The notes beneath the pieces were generated by a model. The model had not been told where the DNA came from. It ran no database searches and was given only the letters and a program-made list of their open reading frames with translations. The position numbers and the translations under genes were made by a program. 64,000 nt of DNA from Bacteroidales bacterium (GTDB lineage: Bacteria > Bacteroidota > Bacteroidia > Bacteroidales > ML635J-15). The DNA lies in assembly GCA_016937855.1 (NCBI GenBank), contig JAFGVU010000202.1:12135-76134 (forward strand), written 5' to 3'. Every line of letters starts with the position of its first letter. Position 1 is the first letter of the stretch. Positions 31,057 to 42,400 of the stretch are shown here, one piece after another.

Positions 31057-34000
31057 CAAAGTTACATTTCCTTTATGATTATAAACTTCTCCATTAAGAC
31101 ATCTTGCTTTTAGCCAAAACACATAAACATCTGTTGCTAACTTAGCGCCATTAAAAGTCCCATCCCATCCTTGAGAATTTAAGTCGGTTGTTTCATAAAT
31201 TACATTTCCCCAACGATCATAAACAGCAAAATACAACTCTGTAACAAGATTTATAGGATGATATGGCTTAAACATATCGTTTTTACCATCGGAGTTTGGA
31301 GTAAATGCATTCGGAACATATAAATATGGGTCACCACATATTACTTCTTTAACTTTAATGTAAACTGTATCTGTAGCAATACAATTATTTTCGTCCCTAA
31401 AAGAGACTCTAAAAAGAGTAGAATCATCAAGAACAGCAGTAGGATTTGGGATAAACGAATTATTAAGATAATGTCCATTATTCCAACTAAAAACACCAGT
31501 CATGTTTGAATATGCCAACAAGTTTACCTCTTCACCTGCAAAAACCTCATAACTACTAGCAACAGCCTCTAAATCAGGCACATACCCCTCGTTGATTATT
31601 GTAAAAGATTCCGACAATGTGCAGTTATTTGCATCTTTTAAAATCAATTCATAATCACCTTCGCACAGATTATCGGCATAATGCTGTACACTGCCATTAC
31701 TCCAATTGTAGTAATACGGTGGAGTTCCACCACTAACCTGAGAGTATATTTTTCCATTACATACATTATCACACAACATGTTAAACAAGCTTGTGTCCAT
31801 AGATATCTGAGGTGGTTGGATAAGTGTTACATTACTAACATCAACACACTCATTTGCATCTGTTACAGTTATAAAATATGCTCCAGCCTGCACATCATTA
31901 AGTTGATTTGTATTTTCACCTTGCGACCATTCGTAAGAATAAGGTTGTGTACCACCGCTTGTTTGAGCAAGCACATCACCAAGCTCGCCATAACACAAAA
32001 TTTCATCTACAACAATTGCCTGAGTAATCAATGTGTCGGGTTCTGAGATATAAATATACTGATGAGAGACACAATTATCAGCATCTAGCACAGTGCAGGT
32101 ATAAGGTCCGGCGCACAGATGACTAATTGTTGGCGAGTGTTCTCCATTTGACCAATTATAGGTATATGGCAGAGTTCCCAAGGTAGCAGAAACCGTAGCA
32201 CTTCCATCGCAATTTCCGTAACATTTTATCATTGAGTAAGAATCCATTGCAGATATTAAAGTGCCGGGAGGTGGCATATAAACACTAATAACGGTTTCGC
32301 AATCATGAGAATCAGTAATTGTAACAACATTATCACCAACTAAGCATTGATTATTGTATGATTGATTTCCGCCAAATTGCCAATGATATGTATATGGTGG
32401 TGTACCTCCCGAAGCATCAACAGTAGCCGAACCATATCCCACTCCATCACATTGTGGAACGATTACATTTTCAAAATCAGCTATCAACAGCGATGGATGG
32501 TTAACAACAACCTCTGAATTTGCTGTACAACCATGATTATCAGTTACTGTAACCGAATATGTATTAGCACACAGATTCTCGAGATTACTCCCTGTTTCGC
32601 CATTACTCCAGATAAAATTATATGGAGCAATGCCAGAAGCTGTAATACTAATTGTTCCATCACAATCCCCAAAACATAAATTGTGACCAACAGCAGGTGA
32701 GTTTAGCATAACATTATCAATTGTAACTAAAACCTGATCGTTTGTTTCACATCCCATTTGATTGGTAATAGTTACATAATAAGTAGTTGCAGATGATGGC
32801 GAAACTACTGGTGAGTTTGTTGTTGCACCACTAAGAATCGAAGATGTTGGTGACCAATTATAACTTAACACATCAGAGGAATTTTGATTTGTGATTGTTA
32901 CAGAAGTACTTCCACCCGGACAAATTATATATTCCGGTGCTAAATTGTAATTGAATTGGTGTATGCTAACAGTAACCTGTTCTGTCACATAAGTGTTACA
33001 AACATTTTCTCTTGCTCTCACATAATATGTTGTATTAGATGTTGGAGAAACTGTTAATTGTGTTGTAGAAGATAAAGTATTTGTGAATGATGGACTAGAC
33101 GACCATTGCCATGAACTAACAGTTCCTGTAGAACCAGAGAATAAATTAACCTGATCACCTTCACAAATCAATGTGTCATTTGATGCAAAGATATCGATAT
33201 CCGGCTCATAAATACTAACTTGTTGCCAAACGCTATCAACGCAGACTCCCGTTGCGATAAGCAGGTAATCGGTTGTTTGTGATGGAGATGCCACGGGATT
33301 TTGTATCTGATAATTGTTTAGGTTTGTGCCTTCTACCCATTGAAAAGTAGTTCCGGCAGGATATGTTCCGGTTGGTCCAACAATAACATTTTCTCCGGGA
33401 CAAATTTCGACATCAGGCAAAAACGATTGTCCCGGTTCGACAACATTAATTACACGTGTAATAGTGTCGAAAAAGTTACAACTAGCAGGATCACCCACTA
33501 TTAAGCTTACAGTATATTCTCCCCCCTCAGTATATGTATGGCTAGGACTAAATTCTGTTGAATTTGGCGATCCATCACCAAAATTCCACAGAAATGTTGT
33601 TCCTTGCGAGTTGTTCTGAAAATCGACTTCATAAGGCGCACAGCCAACCGGTACCGGGTCGAAATTAGCTTGTGCCAGATTTTCGATTATTCTAATTTTA
33701 AAAACAGCATTATTACAGTTTGTAGCATTATTAGAAGTTGACCACACCCCGGGATCGGGATCGGTAGGAAATTCCTGGCACCCGCCACAACTAGCGCAAA
33801 CCGATTGAATTACATGTCCTTTTTTATCAAATCGGCTGGTACCACCATCAACGTGATCGTGTCCTGAGTATCCGCAACCGGCATAGTGAACTTCGCCAAA
33901 GAAACTAGCATATTCCAGATTGCTTGCATCTTCATTCAGCACTAACACATAAAAGTCCTGGCCGTCGGTTGCAGTCTGTATTGCATCACTTGTAAGCGGC

Positions 34001-36075
34001 ATCCCTTTGGTTCCATATTGGTCGTCCCAAGTATAATAATTTCCTTGAGCATTATAATATGAGTAAACCCATTCTCGTCCCCATCCCGAAAGATAAACTC
34101 TATCACAAACATCAACTGCAAATGCAGTTATGGAGATATTTGGACGCCCATTTCCTGTTCCAAAAACTGTTGACCAAACAACATCTGTTAAGTCGTTATT
34201 AAATTTTGTAATAAACTGTCCGCTATTGGGGACAGAATAACCAGCATTTTGAATGAGTGTACTACCAGTTGCTTTTGTTTGCCCACAAATAAAAATATTA
34301 TTATATCTATCGGTACGGACAAAAAAGGCATTATCATAAGTATTTGAACCAAAAAATGTTGATGCAAGCAATTGATTTCCATCCATACTTATTTTTGAAA
34401 CGAAAGCATCAGTAGATCCACCATTATGCGAAGTATTATAAGCTCCGGAAGTTATAGGAAAATTTGAAGATACTGCTCCTCCGGCAACTATAACATCCTC
34501 ATTTTCAGTTAGCGACAAACTAAATATTGCGTCATCTTCATCCCCGCCCATATAACTCGACCAAAACATTTGGGATAAATCCTGATTAAATTTAAAAACA
34601 ATACCATCCTGGCCACCACCACTCGCAGTTTGAAAACCTGGATTCATTCCTTGTGGAAAATCACTAGAGAAAGTATTTGTTCCGACATAAACCATTCCTT
34701 TTCCATCTGCGATAATTTCGCCTCTTGCACCATCGCCGTAATTATAATACAATGAATCGTTGCCATGCATTGAAACAAAGTTAATCCCAGTTGTTGGGTC
34801 AGCCTCACTAAAGTGCACCTGATAATTTAAACCGTCATTTTTAGATCCACCCACATAAGTACTTCCAAGTAATTGCGATCCATCTTCGCTAAGTTTTGTA
34901 ACAAATACATCAACACCGCCGGCAAAACCTATAACATTATCATAAACAATACTATCACCACCGGCAAAAGTTGATTGATACGCATTAGCCGACACAGGAA
35001 AATCGGGTGCTCCTGTAGTCCCCATAATAAGCAAATCATTATCCTCTGTAACCACCAAGCTATGAGGCATTTCCTGTCCACCGGCGCCTCCGAGATATGT
35101 GGCATATAATCTCTGAGTACCATCCTCATTATACTTAATTATTCCCACATCACAACCTCCGGCATAATATGTACTACCAGGAATTGGTGGAGTCCCGCCT
35201 GCAAAATCTATTTGATATGCTCCGGTTGTTGTTGGATATCCTACTGCAAAAACAATCCCGCCTGAGTAAACATTGTCAGCATAATCCCAAGTTGCAGTAA
35301 AGCCCCAATTATCACCGGTAGAACCGGAATATGTAGAGAAAACTAACGAAGGATCAATTACCAAATCAAGATTTCTGTCATAATCGTCATCAATTGTGAA
35401 ACTAATTTGATTTCGTTTTAATAAATAATGACAAGCTATTTCGACAGTATCTCCCTCGATAATTTGATATGCAAAAGGTTTGAATTCAGTTACTTCACTA
35501 ACGGTTGTTGAAACGACAAGATTACCATCAATAAGAACAATATTGTCGGCACCAATATACTCGAAAGCAATATCCTTTGCATTTGCACCCGGCTTAACAA
35601 TTAAGTCGTATTTCATTCCATGACCCAACGCCACAATGCTTAAGTCGATTCCATCATACAAATCTTTATAGTAAATCTTTTCGTATTTTCGCACATAAGA
35701 TGCCCACTTTGAGCGATCGTTCCCAATATAATAATTACAATAATCAGATTTTATGCTTGAACTAATAATTTCGGGAAATTTATTAGATCTAAGAAAATTC
35801 ATTTTGTATGCATGAGCAGCTTTAAGTAAGGAATGCGAGGAGCCTTCGGCACCGTGATGAGCTGAAGAATAGTGCATTTCTTCAGGATTGATAAAATTAT
35901 AAGTAATACAATTATTTTCAAGAAATAGAGCCCCGTTATGCAACTCCATTTTATAATTGACATTCTCGTTCCATTGCCCTTTGTTTTCGATAAACTCAGA
36001 TTGAGCATTCAAACACAACGATAGTGATAAAAATGCAGAAATAAGTAATAACATTAAATAAAATTTATTTTTCAT
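31048..36075 (-). CDS. giant T9SS (type B CTD) surface protein: beta-propeller repeats + PKD + SprB/HYR-like Cys repeats
   Basis: Signal peptide, SBBP-like repeats (GG...D....V.....V.GTT.S.DFP), PKD (WNFGDGS...HTY) and repeated C.G.CDG....SGGT.PY.Y.WS.G modules. C-terminal PNAFTPNSDGKNDMFKP is the gliding-motility type B CTD. Confidence 0.85.
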   Translation of the reverse strand: MKNKFYLMLLLISAFLSLSLCLNAQSEFIENKGQWNENVNYKMELHNGALFLENNCITYNFINPEEMHYSSAHHGAEGSSHSLLKAAHAYKMNFLRSNKFPEIISSSIKSDYCNYYIGNDRSKWASYVRKYEKIYYKDLYDGIDLSIVALGHGMKYDLIVKPGANAKDIAFEYIGADNIVLIDGNLVVSTTVSEVTEFKPFAYQIIEGDTVEIACHYLLKRNQISFTIDDDYDRNLDLVIDPSLVFSTYSGSTGDNWGFTATWDYADNVYSGGIVFAVGYPTTTGAYQIDFAGGTPPIPGSTYYAGGCDVGIIKYNEDGTQRLYATYLGGAGGQEMPHSLVVTEDNDLLIMGTTGAPDFPVSANAYQSTFAGGDSIVYDNVIGFAGGVDVFVTKLSEDGSQLLGSTYVGGSKNDGLNYQVHFSEADPTTGINFVSMHGNDSLYYNYGDGARGEIIADGKGMVYVGTNTFSSDFPQGMNPGFQTASGGGQDGIVFKFNQDLSQMFWSSYMGGDEDDAIFSLSLTENEDVIVAGGAVSSNFPITSGAYNTSHNGGSTDAFVSKISMDGNQLLASTFFGSNTYDNAFFVRTDRYNNIFICGQTKATGSTLIQNAGYSVPNSGQFITKFNNDLTDVVWSTVFGTGNGRPNISITAFAVDVCDRVYLSGWGREWVYSYYNAQGNYYTWDDQYGTKGMPLTSDAIQTATDGQDFYVLVLNEDASNLEYASFFGEVHYAGCGYSGHDHVDGGTSRFDKKGHVIQSVCASCGGCQEFPTDPDPGVWSTSNNATNCNNAVFKIRIIENLAQANFDPVPVGCAPYEVDFQNNSQGTTFLWNFGDGSPNSTEFSPSHTYTEGGEYTVSLIVGDPASCNFFDTITRVINVVEPGQSFLPDVEICPGENVIVGPTGTYPAGTTFQWVEGTNLNNYQIQNPVASPSQTTDYLLIATGVCVDSVWQQVSIYEPDIDIFASNDTLICEGDQVNLFSGSTGTVSSWQWSSSPSFTNTLSSTTQLTVSPTSNTTYYVRARENVCNTYVTEQVTVSIHQFNYNLAPEYIICPGGSTSVTITNQNSSDVLSYNWSPTSSILSGATTNSPVVSPSSATTYYVTITNQMGCETNDQVLVTIDNVMLNSPAVGHNLCFGDCDGTISITASGIAPYNFIWSNGETGSNLENLCANTYSVTVTDNHGCTANSEVVVNHPSLLIADFENVIVPQCDGVGYGSATVDASGGTPPYTYHWQFGGNQSYNNQCLVGDNVVTITDSHDCETVISVYMPPPGTLISAMDSYSMIKCYGNCDGSATVSATLGTLPYTYNWSNGEHSPTISHLCAGPYTCTVLDADNCVSHQYIYISEPDTLITQAIVVDEILCYGELGDVLAQTSGGTQPYSYEWSQGENTNQLNDVQAGAYFITVTDANECVDVSNVTLIQPPQISMDTSLFNMLCDNVCNGKIYSQVSGGTPPYYYNWSNGSVQHYADNLCEGDYELILKDANNCTLSESFTIINEGYVPDLEAVASSYEVFAGEEVNLLAYSNMTGVFSWNNGHYLNNSFIPNPTAVLDDSTLFRVSFRDENNCIATDTVYIKVKEVICGDPYLYVPNAFTPNSDGKNDMFKPYHPINLVTELYFAVYDRWGNVIYETTDLNSQGWDGTFNGAKLATDVYVFWLKARCLNGEVYNHKGNVTLLR

Positions 36076-36164
36076 AGCATTTTTGGTGTAAATTCCTGAG
36101 TATAAAGATACTAATTTTTTTAATACAAGACAAATTACATCAAAATTTCGTTGTTTTTCGCAAA

Positions 36165-37628
36165 CTATTTTGCTTTCAGATTCTTCAAATTATTTTTGTA
36201 ATATAAGTACCAAATAACGCTAATACCGAAAGTAACCGATAATCCTAAATAAATAGACAGTTCTTGAGATAAGTTCATGCCTCCGGCTTTTACAGGAGCA
36301 ACAAAAATATAGGTTATGCAAATCAATGTCAAAAAGATAGCCGGTAAAGAAATAAACCAATGCTGCTTTTTGTTGACAGCAAAATACATTGCTATTGTCC
36401 ACAAGGTTATTGCTGCAAGAATTTGATTAGAAATGCCTACAAACTTCCAAATTGTTGCAAATTGGCTACTCAAAACAAATGTCAACAAAATACCGACAAC
36501 AAAAATTGGAATTGATACCGCAAGACGGTTTGTTACTTTTTTTTGATCGATTTTAAAAGAGTCGGCAATAGTTAGTCGAGCAGAGCGAAAAGCAGTATCT
36601 CCTGTGGTTATAGGACAAAACACAACTCCTAATATTGCAATCACTGCTCCTATTTTTCCGAACCAAGTAGTGCTAATTTCGTTCACAATCCATGCCGGGT
36701 CGTGAATGGGATTGCTAAGAGTAAAATTTAGGTCATCAACAGTACCAAAATAGTTCATGGCAGCTGTAGCCCAAATTATAGCCACAATACCTTCGGCGAT
36801 CATTGCTCCGTAAAAAGAAAATCGTGCTTGTTTTTCGTTAGTTAAACACCTAGCCATCATAGGCGATTGTGTAGCATGAAATCCTGAAATTGCACCACAT
36901 GAAATAACGACAAACATCATAGGAAAAAGAATGTTTGACTCCGGATTATGATGAAAATTTTTAAAATCAGAAAAACTCAGTTCATGCAAAACCATAGCAC
37001 CGGAAAAATGCTTAACAATCATCATAATCATCACCATTAGCGCCATCAAAATCAAAACAGCACCAAAAAAAGGATAAATTTTCCCTATAATTTTTTGTAC
37101 TGGAAACATTGTCGCAACGAAATAATACCCAAAGATTACAATCAGCCAAAAGTTTAAGTCAAGGGAAGTTAAAACAGTTAAAAGTTTTGCCGGACCACTA
37201 ACAAAAGCAACACCAACAAATATAAGTAAAATAAGAGTAAAAAATCGTAGAAATGCCCTTGTCCCCTTTCCCAAATATTTTCCTACTAATTCGGGTAAGC
37301 TTGCACCTCCGTTACGCAAGGACAGAACACCGGCAAAATAATCATGAGCAGCTCCCATAAAGACACACCCTAAAACAATCCACAGATAAGCCATTGGTCC
37401 ATAAGCAGCTCCAAGTATTGCACCAAATATTGGGCCTAATCCGGCAATATTAAGAAATTGAATCATAAATATTTTCCAGACAGGCAATGGCGTATAATCT
37501 ACACCATCATTTATTTGTAAAGCAGGAGTTTGGTTGTTTTCATTTATACCAATAAAACGATCAGCAAAACGACCATAAGTAAAATAGCCAAATAGAAGTA
37601 TCCCTATTGAAAGTACAAGTGTAATCAT
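36165..37628 (-). CDS. cstA: carbon starvation protein A family transporter
   Basis: Polytopic protein with QFLNIAGLGPIFGAILGA and HDYFAG blocks typical of CstA. Confidence 0.8.
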   Translation of the reverse strand: MITLVLSIGILLFGYFTYGRFADRFIGINENNQTPALQINDGVDYTPLPVWKIFMIQFLNIAGLGPIFGAILGAAYGPMAYLWIVLGCVFMGAAHDYFAGVLSLRNGGASLPELVGKYLGKGTRAFLRFFTLILLIFVGVAFVSGPAKLLTVLTSLDLNFWLIVIFGYYFVATMFPVQKIIGKIYPFFGAVLILMALMVMIMMIVKHFSGAMVLHELSFSDFKNFHHNPESNILFPMMFVVISCGAISGFHATQSPMMARCLTNEKQARFSFYGAMIAEGIVAIIWATAAMNYFGTVDDLNFTLSNPIHDPAWIVNEISTTWFGKIGAVIAILGVVFCPITTGDTAFRSARLTIADSFKIDQKKVTNRLAVSIPIFVVGILLTFVLSSQFATIWKFVGISNQILAAITLWTIAMYFAVNKKQHWFISLPAIFLTLICITYIFVAPVKAGGMNLSQELSIYLGLSVTFGISVIWYLYYKNNLKNLKAK

Positions 37629-37637
37629 TTCATTTTC

Positions 37638-38447
37638 CTAAGAAAAAATAATTATATCTTTGACTCTGTCATATTTCTCTTTCTCTAAATAAGCAATAAA
37701 ATCGGGGGTCCTTAGACTTTCTGAATTATAAACGACTTCATTACCTGTCATAACATTTATTACACGCCCGCCTGCCGAACGCAAAACAGCATGCCCTGCC
37801 GCAATATCCCATTCAGAGATTGCTCCTATTCGTGGATAAATATGAGTTTGTCCTTCTGCAATACTGCAAAACTTGAGAGAACTCCCCACATTAAAAAGAC
37901 ATAAGTCAGAGATATTAGCTTTAAGTTCGTTAATAAAACTCTCGGTTCCTTTATTCATGTGTGATTTACTAGCAATAACTCTAAAACCTGTGGCCGACTT
38001 TAATAACAGTTTTTGAACCGTGACCTCGCTCCCATTATAATCATACAAGAATGCTCCCTCTGAAATATTTCCGTAATACAGCTTTTTTAATGCAGGAGCA
38101 TACACAACTCCTTCTACCGGTGAGTTATTTTTTATTAGAGCAATATTAACCGTAAACTCATTTTCGTTATTGACGAATTGTTTTGTACCGTCAAGAGGAT
38201 CAACCAACCAATATTCCGAAAGATTTTTTCGTCTTTCGAAATCAATCAACCTTGACTCTTCACTTACAATTTCTAATTTAGTTTGTTCGAGCCCACTAAT
38301 AATAATTTTGTTAGCAGATATATCGGCAATAGTAACAGGCGAGTTGTCAGTTTTATACTCAGTAATATAATCTTTACAAAAATATTTCAAAATCTCGTCG
38401 CCAGCTTTTAAAGCCAAAGGAACTAATATTTCTTTATAATTCTGCAT
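37638..38447 (-). CDS. cysQ: 3'(2'),5'-bisphosphate nucleotidase (inositol monophosphatase family)
   Basis: WLVDPLDGTKQF and EWDIAAGHAV motifs. Confidence 0.7.
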   Translation of the reverse strand: MQNYKEILVPLALKAGDEILKYFCKDYITEYKTDNSPVTIADISANKIIISGLEQTKLEIVSEESRLIDFERRKNLSEYWLVDPLDGTKQFVNNENEFTVNIALIKNNSPVEGVVYAPALKKLYYGNISEGAFLYDYNGSEVTVQKLLLKSATGFRVIASKSHMNKGTESFINELKANISDLCLFNVGSSLKFCSIAEGQTHIYPRIGAISEWDIAAGHAVLRSAGGRVINVMTGNEVVYNSESLRTPDFIAYLEKEKYDRVKDIIIFS

Positions 38448-39205
38448 TATATTTTAATCACATTTGTTGCATTTGCTTGAGCAGTAGGAGTAACAATCAT
38501 ATCATTAACACATACGTGTGAAGGTCTTGATATGACATACAAAACTGCATCTGCAATATCTTCGGCATAAAGTGGAGTAAGGCCTTTGTAAACATCATCG
38601 GCTTTCTGCTTATCGCCATGAAAACGAACAACAGAAAACTCTGTTTCCACCAAACCGGGGGCAACTTGTGAAACTTTAATTCCGTGGGGCAACATGTCAA
38701 TTCGCATTCCTTTTGTTAAAGCATCAACTGCATGTTTTGTTGCACAATATACATTTCCGTTTGGATAAACTTCTTTACCTGCAATTGAACCTATATTAAC
38801 AATATGACCCGATTTTCTTGCAATCATTTGTGGCGTTAAAGCTCTTGTAAGATATAATAAACCTTTAATATTAGTATCAATCATTTTTTCCCAATCATCA
38901 ATATCGCCATTTTGAATTGCACCTAATCCAGAAGCTAAACCAGCATTATTAATAAGAATATCGATATTTTTAAAATCATTTGGCAAACTTGAAATAGCAT
39001 TAAAAACTTCTTCTTTACTTCTAACATCAAAGCACAAAATTTGGACTCGGGCGTCAGTTATTTTTTCTATCTCTTTTTTTAATTCTACAAGTCGAGGTTC
39101 TCTGCGTCCTGTTATAATAATATCAAAATCATTCTGTGCCAACAGTTTTGCAGTAGCCTCACCAATGCCGGCAGTTGCTCCGGAAATAAATGCGATTTTT
39201 TTCAT
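38447..39205 (-). CDS. SDR family NAD(P)-dependent oxidoreductase
   Basis: SGATAGIGEA cofactor motif, NNAG, and the YCATKHAV catalytic YxxxK. Confidence 0.85.
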   Translation of the reverse strand: MKKIAFISGATAGIGEATAKLLAQNDFDIIITGRREPRLVELKKEIEKITDARVQILCFDVRSKEEVFNAISSLPNDFKNIDILINNAGLASGLGAIQNGDIDDWEKMIDTNIKGLLYLTRALTPQMIARKSGHIVNIGSIAGKEVYPNGNVYCATKHAVDALTKGMRIDMLPHGIKVSQVAPGLVETEFSVVRFHGDKQKADDVYKGLTPLYAEDIADAVLYVISRPSHVCVNDMIVTPTAQANATNVIKI

Positions 39206-39495
39206 AATATTAAATGTTTAGGTTGGTAAAGATAAATGAAAGTTTTGATTTTTCAAATGACATTTATACAACAGACTAAGTCAGATACTATTCACTTTGC
39301 AAATTTCTTAAATAGATATAGAATTAAAATAATATTGTATAGGTCTAAATAGACTTTTAACAATTTATTCTACTAATACATCCAACTTTACAATAATTTA
39401 ACAAATATTTTCTCCAAAAATTCTATGAGAATACAAATATTCACTATTTTTGTAAAAACAACAAGACTAAATTAATACAAACTAAAAACAATAAC

Positions 39496-42400
39496 ATGAA
39501 AACAAAATCTAGCAATTCAATTTATAGTTATTGCAAAAAACTAATTTTAGTTTTTTCAGTAATAACTTTTTCTCTGGCAAGTATTGCACAAAACATTTCT
39601 CCTTACACAAACTTCTATAGCTTAGAAGACCCAAATGATGTAAGTTTTGCTATTGAGTGGGGTGAATCGTCTACAATTACAAATGTTGTCTTTTTTTACT
39701 GGGATGAATTTGATGAATATCAAGAAACAACTCTAAATTCTCCTGCAGATTATCAGGTTTCGGGCAACGAATTAACAATCACACAAACTTTTTTGAATGG
39801 CTTATCACCTGAGAATGGTTGGGAGCTAAGATTTTATGCACAATTTAACTCAGGACCAGATGCTTTCTTTGATATTAGAGTTGTGCAAACAATAATCCCA
39901 TATATTTTTGAGGACTCTAAAGAATATGACTTGAGCAACCCTGATGACGTTTTCGCAACTATTGGCTGGGCACTTGGCGAGGATGTTACAGAAGTTAGTG
40001 TTGGTGGCACTCCCCTTTCGTCAGCTGACTATGAAATTATTGGAGATTATCTGATATTCAAAAACACATATCTTGCAACTATTCTAACAGGTGTTGGAAA
40101 CAGCATAACTGCTACAATAACTTTTGACACTGACGACACAGATACTTTTGTGATAGAAGCCGTTCAATCAGGTATTGTTGCTCCTGAGTTTAGTCAATCA
40201 CAATTTGACATTAACATGGTTGAAATGCCTGAGTATGTCGAAACAATTGTTACTTGGAATGGTGCAAGCTCTATCACAGGCATGACAGTAACAATGGCCG
40301 AAAATTCAGGTTTTCCTGAATCGATGCCATACGAAGACTACACAGTAACTCCTATTGACGGACAAACTGCAACACTAAGAATTAACCTTGGCGGTGGCGG
40401 AAAAGCAACAAAAGAAATGGAATATTTCTTTGTGTCAATTGAAGTGAATTTTAATGTTGGTATTCCTCAATACATATTTTTAGGGATGTTTTACGAATAT
40501 TTCATTGTTGACATAAACCCTAGTCCCGATTATGCAGGATATGTTAGCGGAGGCGGAGAATACGAAGAGGGCGAAGAAGTAATAATAGAAGCGTTTTACA
40601 ATCCAAATTATAGCTTCGTCAAATGGATCATCGACGGCAGTGTCGAAGAATTTCAAAATCCATATTCTTTTAGCATGCCCGGCAATAATGTAAATATTGT
40701 TGCAGAATTCCAATCAGATTATCCTGAAGTAATATCATCTTTCCCTGCAAATAACCAATTTGGAATTGATCCGGAATCGTTTATTCAAATAACTTTCGAC
40801 AGAAACATTATCGAAGGTACAACTTTTAACGGATTTGACGACATTGGAATGGAACAAGGCGGTATGGATTGGCCAATTTCTGACATTTACATAGAAGAAG
40901 GTAACAAACTAATAATAGAGCCAAATAGTCCAATGAATATGAACACTCATTATTATTTGACTATACCTGCTGAGTCTATTGAAGATGCCGGTAACCCCGG
41001 CAATTATATGGCTCAGTCATATTTCCTTGAGTTTACAACAGGAATGGGAAGTTTTACTCCTGGAGAGATATCTCCCGAAATGAATGTTTTTAGTGTAATG
41101 GAACCCGGAAATGTAGATTTCTACATTGATTGGGGAGATGAAAGTTCAATAGAACATATCTATTATTATTATTACGATGAATTTGATGTATATCACGAAA
41201 CTGAATTAACTCTGACAACAGACTATACAATAGATGGAAATATTTTAACAATTAATCAAAGCTTTATCGAAGGTTTAAGCCTAGATCCAGGTGATAGTCA
41301 TTGGTTTTATGCAAATTTTAACAGCGGATTCAATAGCTACTTTGGAATTTACATTATTGAAACAACTATCCCAACAGTTTCGCCAGATGCATTAAGCTAT
41401 GATTTAAATAATCCGGATGATGTTTTTACAAATATTCTGTTTAACATGGCCGAATCTGTTAGCTCTGTCGAAGTAAACTCTGTTGCGTTAGTTGAAAACA
41501 CTGACTACCATATTGAAGGAATATGGCTATTTATCCATAATTCTTATTTACAGACTGAGCTAACCGCTGTTGATGATTTTGTAGAAATAGACGTTGAGTT
41601 TAATACCTCAGATGTTTCAACACTAACAATTACAGCAATTCAATCAGGAATTACAAATGCAACTATTAACCCTGAATCCGGCACATTCGATTTAAGCGAA
41701 ATGCCCGAAACACTTGAAACAGTGATAACATGGAATAGTGCATCATCTGTCGAAAGCCTTACAATTTACAGTTTAGAAGATGGGGTTATGGTTGAATATG
41801 ATTATCCATATTATACAGTTACACCAATTGACGCAAATACTGCAACTCTATCCATCGATTTAACAGAAGGTGGCAAAGGTTTGAATAATACTAAAACAAC
41901 TGACACTTACTACGCAACAATAAAAATTGAGTTCGATTTAGGTGCAGAAGCATTTTATTATCTTACTATGACCGAAGAATACTATGAGGTTTTTGTAGAT
42001 GTCAATCCTGCTTTCACCGGATGGGTCGAAGGTGGCGGTGAGTTTTATATCGACGAGGAAGTAGAACTCGAAGCGTTTGCAACACCAGGATATGTTTTCC
42101 AAAATTGGAGAATTGACGGCACTGTTGTTAGTGATCAAAATCCTTACATTTTTACTATGCCCGACTATGACATAAATATCACCGCTTATTTCATTCCCGA
42201 AACTGCTCCAACATTTACTTTGAGTCTTGTTGCGGATCCTATCGCAGGGGGTACTGTATCAGGTGGTGGCGATTTTATTCTTGGCGAAAGTGTAACCGTT
42301 ACTGCAATCCCCGAAACTGGATATGCCTTTATAAACTGGACAGATGAGTTAGATAACATTGTATCCACTTCGGCAGAATACACTTTTACAATGCCTGAAA